Source: Octopus sinensis
Lineage: Eukaryota
DNA length: 64,000 nt
Assembly (NCBI RefSeq): GCF_006345805.1
Contig: NW_021832392.1
Span: forward strand, 3,815 to 67,814
Direction of reading: 5' to 3'
Shown: piece by piece, positions 39,095-50,741 of the stretch
How positions within the stretch are numbered: the stretch's first letter is position 1
Layout: each line of letters opens with the position of its first letter
Translations under genes and position numbers: made by a program
Notes under the pieces: model-generated
The model's database searches: none
Seen by the model: the letters and a program-made list of their open reading frames with translations, nothing else
What the model was told of the DNA's origin: nothing

Positions 39095-42000
39095 CGAAAA
39101 ATAACAAGTTAAATGATTTTATTTTTCACGTAAAATCGAAATTGCTAATATCGAAATTACGACCGCTACATTACGAACAAAACTACAGGGACGTCGTGGT
39201 TTCTTTAATCGTAAAGAAAACAAAAAGTGCCACCGTGGGGCCGCCAGCTACGCCTTTGGCCCGCGTGCTCGTATAGCAAAACGTAAACATCCGGTGAATT
39301 TATGCTTCAAGTTACGGTACGAAGCAATGTCAACAAAACTCTAGCGTGGTGGCTATCGGGAAGATAATACAAAGTTTCGCATACGATCACCGCGTCACGC
39401 CGCGTTGTCGTATATCAAAACGTAAACATCCGGTAAATTTATCCTTCACCTTACGATATGCACCGGGAAAATACACATACGTGGACTGACCCGTAATTAA
39501 AAAAAATCAGACCCGTAAGCTTACGGATCGGCCCACGCTGGATAGTCACGCTCTAGGTGACCGTCGCACGCCGGTCGCCTGCGTCTCCGCCGCCGTACTG
39601 TGCGTGAAATCGAAAGCACGAAACTAAACGCGCGATATCGTCCACGTATTGGGTAAAAACAGCGACGTGGTCCGACCCGTAAGTCGTAGGAGGTGCTCAG
39701 ACCGCAAGGAAACGGATCGGCCCCGGCTGGATAGTCACGCTCTAGGTGACCGTCGCACCCCAAGGGGGCCCAGACAATATTAGGGGATGAACATCAGGCA
39801 AAAATTAGCCAGCCGGCAAGATTCGTATTCTCAGTTAATTTCTGGACGCCTTGCTATACTGTTCCCAGTTCGATATCGTCCTACAACGGTTTGCCTTGCC
39901 AAAAATTGTCCGCACTTGCCCGCGTACGGTAGTTTTTCGCTGTGGTTCGCTCATTCTCTCGCGTTCGTGAGTTCGATATCAGCCAGGACGTCGCGGCCCG
40001 TGGCTTTGCGTTTTTATTTATTTATTTTATTGTTCGTTCGTTCGGTAGCGTTGCTGTGTTCAGTGATGTTATGTTGGTAAAGTAAACGTCACGAGTTCGA
40101 TATCAGGCAGGGCCTCGCGGCCCGAAGCGTGAAACTTTTTTTTTTTTGTTCGCTCGTTCGGTAGCGTTGCGTTGTTCAGTGATGTTATGTTGGTAAAGTA
40201 AACGTCACGAGTTCGATATCAGGCAGGGCCTCGCGGCCCGAAGCGTGTGAGATTTTTTTTTTTTAGTTCGCTCGTTCGGTAGCGTTGCGGTGTTTAGTGA
40301 TGTTTTGTTGGTAAAGTAAACGTCACGAGTTCGATATCAGGCAGGGCCTCGCGGCCCGAAGTGTGAAATTTTTTTTTTTTAGTTCGCTCGTTCGGTAGCG
40401 TTGCGTTGTTCAGTGATGTTATGTTGGTAAAGTAAACGTCACGAGTTCGATATCAGGCAGGGCCTCGCGGCCCGAAGCGTGAGATTTTTTTTTTTTAGTT
40501 CGCTCGTTCGGTAGCGTGGCGGTGTTCAGTGATGTCTTGTTGGTAAAGTAAACGTCACGAGTTCGATATCAGGCAGGGCCTCGCGGCCCGAAGTGTTAGA
40601 TTTTTTTTTTTTTAGTTCGCTCGTTCGGTAGCGTTGCGGTGTTTAGTGATGTTATGTTGGTAAAGTAAACGTCACGAGTTCGATATCAGGCAGGGCCTCG
40701 CGGCCCGAAGCGTAACATTTTTTTTTTTTTTTTGCTCGCTCGTTCGGTAGCGTTGCTGTGTTCAGTGATGTTATGTTGGTAAAGTAAACGTCACGAGTTC
40801 GATATCAGGCAGGTCCTCGCGGCCCGAAGCGTAATATTATTTTTTTTTTTTGTTCGCTCGTTCGGTAGCGTTGCTGTGTTCAGTGATGTTATGTTGGTAA
40901 AGTAAACGTCACGAGTTCGATATCAGGCAGGGCCTCGCGGCCCGAAGCGTGAACTTTTTTTTTTTTGTTCGCTCGTTCGGTAGCGTTGCGTTGTTCAGTG
41001 ATGTTATGTTGGTAAAGTAAACGTCACGAGTTCGATATCAGGCAGGGCCTCGCGGCCCGAAGCGTGAGATTTTTTTTTTTTAGTTCGCTCGTTCGGTAGC
41101 GTTGCGGTGTTTAGTGATGTTTTGTTGGTAAAGAAAACGTCACGAGTTCGATATCAGGCAGGGCCTCGCGGCCCGAAGCGTAACATTTTTTTTTTTTTTG
41201 CTCGCTCGTTCGGTAGCGTTGCTGTGTTCAGTGATGTTATGTTGGTAAAGTAAACGTCACGAGTTCGATATCAGGCAGGTCCTCGCGGCTCGAAGCGTAA
41301 TATTATATTTTTTTTTTGTTCGCTCGTTCGGTAGCGTTGCTGTGTTCAGTGATGTTATGTTGGTAAAGTAAACGTCACGAGTTCGATATCAGGCAGGGCC
41401 TCGCGGCCCGAAGCGTGAAGTTTTTTATTTTTTAGTTCGCTCGTTCGGTAGAGTTGCGGTGTTTAGTGATGTTTTGTTGGTAAAGTAAACGTCACGAGTT
41501 CGATATCAGGCAGGGCCTCGCGGCCCGAAGCGTGAAATTTTTTTTTTTTTTTAGTTCGCTCGTTCGGTAGCGTTGCGGTGTTTAGTGATGTTTTGTTGGT
41601 AAAGTAAACGTCACGAGTTCGATATCAGGCAGGGCCTCGCGGCCCGAAGCGTAAAATTTTTTTTTTTTTTTGCTCGCTCGTTCGGTAGCGTTGCTGTGTT
41701 CAGTGATGTTATGTTGGTAAAGTAAACGTCACGAGTTCGATATCAGTCAGGGCCTCGCGGCCCGAAGCGTAAAACTTTTTTTTTTTTGTTCGCTCGTTCG
41801 GTAGCGATGCGTTGTTCAGTGATGTTATGTTGGTAAAGTAAACGTCACGAGTTCGATATCAGCCAGGGCCTCGCGGCCCGAAGCGTAAAACTTTTTTTTT
41901 TTTGTTCGCTCGTTCGGTAGCGATGCGTTGTTCAGTGATGTTATGTTGGTAAAGTAAACGTCACGAGTTCGATATCAGGCAGGGCCTCGCGGCCCGAAGC

Positions 42001-45000
42001 GCAAGGTTTTTTTTTTTTTTCTGTTCGCTCGTTCGGTAGCGTTGCTGTGTTCAGTGATGTTATGTTGGTAAAGTAAACGTCACGAGTTCGATATCAGGCA
42101 GGGCCTCGCGGCCCGAAGCGTGAAATTTTTTTTTTTTTAGTTCGCTCGTTCGGTAGCGTTGCGGTGTTTAGTGATGTTTTGTTGGTAAAGTAAACGTCAC
42201 GAGTTCGATATCAGGCAGGGCCTCGCGGCCCGAAGCGTAACAAATTTTTTTTTTTTTTTGTTCGCTCGTTCGGTAGCTAGCGTGTTCGTTGTCAGTGATG
42301 TTTTGTTGGTAAAGTAAACGTCACGAGTTCGATATCAGGCAGGGCCTCGCGGCCCGAAGCGTAATATTATTTTTTTTTGTTCGCTCGTTCGGTAGCGTTG
42401 CTGTGTTCAGTGATGTTTTGTTGGTAAAGTAAACGTCACGAGTTCGATATCAGCGAGGGCCTCGCGGCCCGAAGCGTAACACTTTTTTTTTTTGTTCGCT
42501 CGTTCGGTAGCGTTGCTGTGTTCAGTGATGTTTTGTTGGTAAAGTAAACGTCACGAGTTCGATATCAGACAGGGCCTCGCGGCCCGAAGCGTAACATTTT
42601 TTTTTTTTTTTTGCTTCGCTCGTTCGGTAGCGTTGCTGTGTTCAGTGATGTTATGTTGGTAAAGTAAACGTCACGAGTTCGATATCAGCCAGGGCCTCGC
42701 GGCCCGAAGCGTAAAACTTTTTTTTTTTTTTGTTCGCTCGTTCGGTAGCGTTGCGTTGTTCAGTGATGTTATGTTGGTAAAGTAAACGTCACGAGTTCGA
42801 TATCAGGCAGGGCCTCGCGGCCCGAAGCGTAAAACTTTTTTTTTTTGTTCGCTCGTTCGGTAGCGTTGCGTTGTTCAGTGATGTTTTGTTGGTAAAGTAA
42901 ACGTCACGAGTTCGATATCAGGCAGGGCCTCGCGGCCCGAAGCGTGAAATTTTTTTTTTTTAGTTCGCTCGTTCGGTAGCGTTGCGGTGTTTAGTGATGT
43001 TTTGTTGGTAAAGTAAACGTCACGAGTTCGATATCAGGCAGGGCCTCGCGGCCCGAAGCGTAATATATTTTTTTTTTGTTCGCTCGTTCGGTAGCGTTGC
43101 TGTGTTCAGTGATGTTTTGTTGGTAAAGTAAACGTCACGAGTTCGATATCAGCCAGGGCCTCGCGGCCCGAAGCGTAAAACTTTTTTTTTTTGTTCGCTC
43201 GTTCGGTAGCGTTGCTGTGTTCAGTGATGTTTTGTTGGTAAAGTAAACGTCACGAGTTCGATATCAGGCAGGGCCTCGCGGCCCGAAGCGTAAAACTTTT
43301 TTTTTTTTTTTTGCTCGCTCGTTCGGTAGCGTTGCTGTGTTCAGTGATGTTATGTTGGTAAAGTAAACGTCACGAGTTCGATATCAGCCAGGGCCTCGCG
43401 GCCCGAAGCGTAAAACTTTTTTTTTTTTGTTCGCTCGTTCGGTAGCGATGCGTTGTTCAGTGATGTTATGTTGGTAAAGTAAACGTCACGAGTTCGATAT
43501 CAGCAGGGCCTCGCGGCCCGAAGCGTAAAACTTTTTTTTTTTGTTCGCTCGTTCGGTAGCGATGCGTTGTTCAGTGATGTTTTGTTGGTAAAGTAAACGT
43601 CACGAGTTCGATATCAGGCAGGGCCTCGCGGCCCGAAGCGTGAAATTTTTTTTTTTTTAGTTCGCTCGTTCGGTAGCGTTGCGGTGTTTAGTGATGTTTT
43701 GTTGGTAAAGTAAACGTCACGAGTTCGATATCAGGCAGGGCCTCGCGGCCCGAAGCGTAATATTATTTTTTTTTGTTCGCTCGTTCGGTAGCGTTGCTGT
43801 GTTCAGTGATGTTTTAAAGTAAACGTCACGAGTTCGATATCAGGCAGGGCCTCGCGGCCCGAAGCGTAAGATTTCTTTCTTATTTTTGTTCGCTCGTTCG
43901 GTAGCGTTGCTGTGTTTAATGATGTTATGTTGGTGAAGTAGCCTTCGCGAGTTCGATATATGAGCTAGGGCCTCGCGGCACGTAGCATTAAGTGGTTTTC
44001 ATACGAAGCTGGTCGTACAAAAGTCTCTAAACCGGTGGGTGGTCCTCTAGCGGCGGTGTTGCCAATAACTGAAAAATGCAGCGGCGACTACGACCGACGC
44101 ATGAGTATATGTGTCCGTGTGATATGGACGAGGCACGAATCGGCAACTCCTGGGGTGAGTTCTCGGTATCGAGCACGACTGGGGCCGGCGTGTCGGCGGA
44201 CGAATCCCAAAGCACGACAAAAGCCCAGCCAAACGGCGGCGGGAGAATCTCGGAGAAAGATCGCAGTGCTTAAGTAGCAGGTGATTTAGGTCGGCCGATA
44301 AGTCAAACTTATAGTCGACGTGAAGCACGAGAGTGTCAGTATGTGATCGACGAGGCAGGAAGCGGCGATTTCTGAGGTGAGTTCTCGGTATCGAGCACGA
44401 GTGGGGCCGCTGTGCCGGAGGACGACACCGGACTTTCTCGAAACTAATGGTGTCCTCACCCACGTACACGTGGACGTACCCACGACCAATGCTGGAAGGA
44501 TGCCACGAGATACACGTGGTTGGTACTGCGACGTGGTCCGTCCCGTAAATTCCCGAAAGATGGAAACTGCGGCGAGTATAAAGTAGGGGCCGCCAGTAGA
44601 AGGGTTGCGCTAGCTGCCCGTTGCTCCGCCGCCCTACCGTGCCCGAAATCGCCACGTAAACCTGGACGTACACGCGACCGATGCCGGAAGGATGTCACGA
44701 GATACACGCTGTCGATACAGAGACGTAGTCCGCCCCGTAAAATCCCGAAAGATAGCAACTGCGGCGAGTATAAAGTAGAGGCCACCAGCGGCAGGGTTGC
44801 GCCAGGCCTGCGCCAATCGCCTGGAGCTCCGCCGCGTTACCGTGCCCGAAATCGAAAGAACGAACCTAAGCTCGGGGTATCGCCACGTAAACCTGGACGT
44901 ACACGCGACCGATGCCGAAAGGATGTGATGAGATACACGCTGTCGATACAGAGACGTGGTCCTTCCCGTAAAGTCCCGAAAGATGGAAACTGCGGCTAGA

Positions 45001-45534
45001 ATAAGGTGGGGGGCCGCCATCGGCAGGCCTGCGGCAGCCTCTCGGAGCTCTGCCGCCCTAATGTCCCCGTTAGAACGAACAGAAGCTCGCGATGTCGTCC
45101 ACGTACGCGTGGACGTAATGCGACCGTGTACCAGAGTTATCGACGAGGCACGAAGCGGCGAGTTCTGGGGTGAGTTCTCGGTATCGAGCTCGAGTGAGGC
45201 CGCTGTGTCGGCGGACGACACCGGACATTCTCGAAGCTAATGGTGTGACCCACGTAAACGTGGACGTACCCGCGACCAATGCTGGAAGGATATCACGAGA
45301 TACACGCTGTCGATACAGCAACGTGGTCCGTTCCGTAAATTCCCGAAAGATGGAAACTGCGGCTAGTATAAAGTAGGGGCCGCCAGCGGCAGGGTTGCGC
45401 AAGGCCTGCACCAGTCGCCCGTTGCTCCGCCGCGCTACCGTGCCCGAAATCGAAAGAACGAATCTAAGCTCGCGGTATCGCCCGAGTACACGTGGACGTA
45501 CCCGCGACCGATGCCGGAAAAGTATCACGAGATA
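39095..45534. other. CpG-rich non-coding block of unknown origin with sub-repeats (spacer-like)
   Basis: There is an abrupt compositional shift with no (AT)n tracts and no SINEs. Left and right flanks share motifs (GAAATCGAAAG.ACGAA.CTAA, ACGTGGTCCG..CCGTAA, GGGGCCGCCAG). No credible ORF. Confidence 0.8.
39962..43985. repeat. Satellite array, ~34 copies of a ~117-bp unit
   Basis: The unit is GTTCGATATCAGGCAGGGCCTCGCGGCCCGAAGCGT[variable](T)n GTTCGCTCGTTCGGTAGCGTTGC.GTGTT.AGTGATGTT.TGTTGGTAAAGTAAACGTCACGA, with degenerate edge units. Confidence 0.97.
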
Positions 45535-45813
45535 TACCACACAGCCACTCCTGTGCCTATATTCATTTTTCTGCATTTAACACAGCTGAGACGCCGTACA
45601 CTCACACATGTATGTGCATGTATACACATAAATATATATGTTTATATATGCAATAGAAATATGCACGCATATGTATGTATAAGTTTATATATATATATAT
45701 ATATACACACACATTATATTAATACATACATTTTTATACTTATTTACGTGTATATATACACATGTTAGCATATATGTATATCTATCTATACACACACACA
45801 CAGATATAGATAT

Positions 45814-45916
<103 letters not shown>

Positions 45917-46005
45917 AGTCTGTATATATGTATGTATGCATGTATCTATATATATATGCGGATATATTGTATGTGTAAACATATGTATATGCATTTATAC
46001 ACATA

Positions 46006-46387
46006 CTAGCAGTATCGCCCGGCGTTACTCGGGTTTGTAAGGGAAATAATTATATAAGCATTTTTAGAGATGCCATCTCAATATGGCTAACCACAAAGGG
46101 GGAGGGGTGTTACTGTAGCTTTTTACGTTCTGAGATTTAATAATAAATTTTAGAGAGTTACTTCCCTTATATATGTCAAAAATGGATTAAAAATGGCAAA
46201 AATTGATGGTAAATTTTTTTTTTAATCGTAGACTCATCGTAGACGCGCGCTAATACCCAGACGGTCTGGATATGAATCACGACTATAAGATACCCGGTTT
46301 TGGTTAAACTGCACCGCAAAATGTGGGAGTAGTTAAGAATCTAAATCGTAGGAGACAGACACACAACCTCACTTTTATATATAAAGA
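46006..46387 (-). mobile_element. Non-autonomous Helitron, paralogue of 5141-5536
   Basis: Same A|TC...CTAG|T termini and hairpin, and the same right flank. Confidence 0.88.
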
Positions 46388-46545
46388 TTTCCTCTATTTA
46401 CATAATATTGAGGTCTCTTTCTTTCTTTTGTTATCTTACTGTTTTTACCAATATACATATATATATATAAATATATATATAGTTACAGAGATGTACTTGC
46501 ATAGCAAGTGACTTGATCTGAGATCGTGTGCTGGAACGAAAACAG

Positions 46546-46804
46546 TTGCAGCGTTGAAGGTGCTTATAAGCCATTTAAGAAACACACAAAAACCGTTAGA
46601 TTCACTTCAACATTTAAATTTAATTTGTCAAAATATTCTCGTCGCTTTGAGACCGCGACCTGTTAGCACGATATTTTTGTCAGTGAACAGGTCGCGGTCT
46701 CAAAGCGAGGAAAATATTTTGGAAACTTAAATTTAAATGTTGAAGTGAATCTAACGGTTTTTGTGTGTTTCTTAAATGGCTTACAAACACCTTCCACGCT
46801 GCAA
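46546..46804. repeat. Second copy of the fold-back element
   Basis: Same arms as 5695-5953, within a segmental duplication (5140-6520 vs 46005-47300). Confidence 0.9.
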
Positions 46805-47829
46805 TATATATATACACACATATATATATATATATGTATGTATGTATGTGTGTATATGTGTATGCATGTATGTGTGTGTGTGCGTGTCTGTGCTTGTGAT
46901 TGTCCTCCACCACTGCTTGACAACGAATGTTGGTTTGTTTACATCCCTGTCACCTAGTGATTTGACAAAGGAAACAGATAGAATAAGTACAATGCTTACA
47001 AAAATAAAACTGGAGTTGATTCATTAAACTACAATTCTTCAAGGCATTGCCCCAGCATGGCCACAGACCAATGGCTGGAAAAAGCAGAAGAATAAAAGAA
47101 TACAGGCATGAGAAAGCTTGAGTTTACATGAGAAGGCCTAACAGACCTGGTAGAAACAGCAGCCAAATCTCCCTCAAATCACACCTTACTGTCTTATGTA
47201 TGTATATATATATGAGCCAATGAGGGGGACCTCTACATGGTAGCTAGACCTGGTAGAAATAGCAGCCAAATTTCCCCCAAATCACACCTTACTGTCTTTA
47301 GAAACACATACATACACACGGCGTATGTTGATGCATGTATGAATGTATGTATTCTTAGAAATATGTTACATATACACACACGTTTATATATATGTACACA
47401 CATACTTACATACATATCTATATGTATATATATATATATATATAATATATATACACATACGTAAATACATATCTATATGTATGTATATATTACTCTTTTA
47501 CTCTTTTACTTGTTTCAGTCATTTGCCTGTGGCCATGCTGGAGCACTGCCTTTAGTCGAGGAAATCGACAACAGGACTTATATTTTGTAAGCCTATTGCT
47601 AATTCTATCGTTCTCTATTTGCCGAACCGCTAAGTACGTTATGTTATCGTAGTTTTGTTAGCTTTGGCTGCTATTTCTAGCATATAGCTGGCCTGCTTGA
47701 AGGCCTATATGTCGAGAATTATCTCCGCTTACTTGCCATCGAACAGAAAATTTGAAATTAATTGGGTCCCCGGATACGTTGCTACGGTTTCAAACTAAAC
47801 TGAGGTATATATATATATATATATATATT

Positions 47830-47901
<72 letters not shown>

Positions 47902-48356
47902 TATATATATACATACATATATATATATATATATATAATATATATATACATATATATATATATATACCTACTATATACTATATATAGCATACATATTATA
48001 TATATATATATCTATATCTAATATATATATATATATATATATAATTATACTACTATATATATATATATATATTATATAATAATATATATATATATAATAT
48101 ATATATATATATATGTATATATAATATATATATGTATATATGTATATATATTCTAGAAAATTACCCTTTACAGTAATTTTTACATGCTAGAAATAGCAGC
48201 CATAAACCCCAATTTTATGTTTGGCTGCTATTTCTAGCATGTAAAAATTACCTGTTAAAGAGTAATTTTCTATTCTGAAATACGAATATGTTGTCTATTG
48301 ACTTTTTATACGTGCTAGGCCATTGGTGGTGATATATATATATATATATATATATA

Positions 48357-48421
<65 letters not shown>

Positions 48422-48994
48422 TATTTACGACGGGTCTTCCTTTAGTTTCCGTCTACCAGATCCACTAAAAAGGCTTTGGTCGGCCGAGGTTATAGTAGAA
48501 GACACTCGCCCAAAGTGCCACGCAGTGGGACTGAACCCGGAACCATGTGCTTGGCAGAGACTTATCTCCGCTTACTCGCCATCGCACTTAAATCCGGCAA
48601 CAGAAAATTTGAAATTAATTGGGTCCCCGGATACGTTGCTACGGTTTCAAACTAAACTGAGGTAAGGCATTTGAATTTCATTTGGGCCCATTTGACGAAT
48701 AAGTCCTGGGGTCGATTTGCTCGACTAAAAAAAAAAAAAGGCTGGTGCTCCAGCATGGCCGCTGTGGAAATGAGTGAAACAAGTAAAAGAGTAAAGGGTA
48801 TACTGTATAGGTTTAAGAGCCATGGTAATATTTATATGTGATGAAATGTTGACCATAAGTAAAATTTACATCCAGTCTCGGACTAATTTTATCTTTGGCT
48901 GCTATTTCTAGCATATAGATAGCCTGCTTGAAGGCATGAAGGGTATGTATATATATATATATATATTATATATATATATGTTCTTTTATTTAAC

Positions 48995-49195
48995 TTGTTT
49001 CAGTCATTTGTCTGTGGCCATGCTGGAGCACTGCCTTTAGTCGAGCAAATCGACACCAGGACTTATATTTTGTAAGCCTATTGCTTATTCTATCGTTCTC
49101 TATTTGCCGAACCGCTAATTAAGTTATGTTATCGTAGTTTTGTTAACTTTGGCTGCTGTTTCTAGCATATAGATAGCCTGCTTGAAGGCCTGAAT

Positions 49196-49244
<49 letters not shown>

Positions 49245-49620
49245 TTATATATATGTTCTTTTATTTAACTTGTTTCAGTCATTTGTCTGTGGCCATGCTG
49301 GAGCACTGCCTTTAGTCGAGCAAATCGACCCCAAGACTTATTCTTTTTAAGCCTATCGTTTCTTGCCGAGCCGCTAATTGACGGGGATGTAAACACCCCA
49401 GCATCGGTTGTCAAGTGATGTGGGGGGGGGACAAACAGACACACACACTCACACACATATATATATGTATATATATTTATATACGATGGGCTTCTTTCAG
49501 TTTCCATCTACTAAATCTATTCATACACACACACACATATATATATGTATGTATATGTATATATATATATATGTATGTATATGTATATATATATATATAT
49601 ATGTATGTATATGTATATAT

Positions 49621-49652
<32 letters not shown>

Positions 49653-49668
49653 GTATGTATATGTATAT

Positions 49669-49700
<32 letters not shown>

Positions 49701-50422
49701 GTATGTATATGTATATATATATATGTATGTATATGTATATATATATATATGTATATGTATGTATATGTATATGTATGTATATGTATATATATGTATATGT
49801 ATATATATGTATATGTATGTATATGTATATGTATGTATATGTATGTATATGTATATGTACGAACACATTTGCGAACACACACTGACGCTCGACTTTCCAT
49901 CACTCAACAGATAAGGTAAATTGATTTTGTAATTTACTTTTTGTCGCTAAATTTTGGTAGCGTACGTTCTTGAAAAATGGAAATTTTACACAATTTTTCC
50001 TGAATCCTCATCTTTCACTTAACTGAAAAAAAAAAACAAAATCCGCATTTTTTCATCACTTTTCCAGAATTATCTCTTCTTACTATTTCTTTATTTTCTA
50101 TTAATTCTTATTCTTTTTTTGGGTGTGGGCCAAATACGTAAAATATACAAAGATTTGAACTCTGATAGAAATTTCCGAGGTGGCACCTCGGGTAAGTGAT
50201 TTGTTTCAGTCATTTGCCTGTGCCATGCTGGAGCACTGCCTTTAGTCGAGCAAATCGACACCAGGACTTATATTTTGTAAGCCTATTGCTTATTCTATCG
50301 TTCTCTATTTGCCGAACCGGTAATTAAGTTATGTTATCGTATTTTGTTAACTTTGGCTGCTATTTCTAGCATATAGATAGCCTGCTTGAAGGCCTGAATG
50401 GTAAATATATATATATAATATC

Positions 50423-50466
<44 letters not shown>

Positions 50467-50709
50467 TAATATTTATATTTTATATATATGTTCTTTTATT
50501 TACATTGTTTCAGTCATTTGTGTGTGGCCATGCTGGAGCACTGCCTTTAGTCGAGCAAATCGACCCCAAGACTTATTCTTTTTAAGCCTATCGTTTCTTG
50601 CCGAGCCGCTAATTGACGGGGATGTAAACACCCCAGCATCGGTTGTCAAGTGATGTGGGGGGGGAGGACAAATAGACACACACACTCACACACATATATA
50701 TATGTATAT

Positions 50710-50741
<32 letters not shown>

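Noticed and set aside
39962-43985. CRISPR-like array
   Set aside because: The variable parts are T-runs with a few recurring variants, not unique spacers. There are no cas genes and the context is eukaryotic.
39962-43985. 5S rRNA or tRNA/Pol III gene array (about 120 bp with poly-T, TGGTAAAGT and GTTCGA motifs)
   Set aside because: There is no similarity to 5S and no cloverleaf. The A-like and B-like boxes are only ~20 nt apart, too close for a type-2 promoter.
39962-43985. Tandem ribozyme (hammerhead or HDV) in the satellite; CCTCGCGG resembles HDV L3/P3
   Set aside because: There is no CTGANGA/GAAA core on either strand. The CCTCGCGG lies in a simple 4-nt-loop hairpin without P1/P2 partners.
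44027-45580. Overlapping 60-208 aa ORFs in the GC-rich block
   Set aside because: They occur in many frames on both strands, are Arg-rich, mirror the DNA sub-repeats, and show no recognisable domain.
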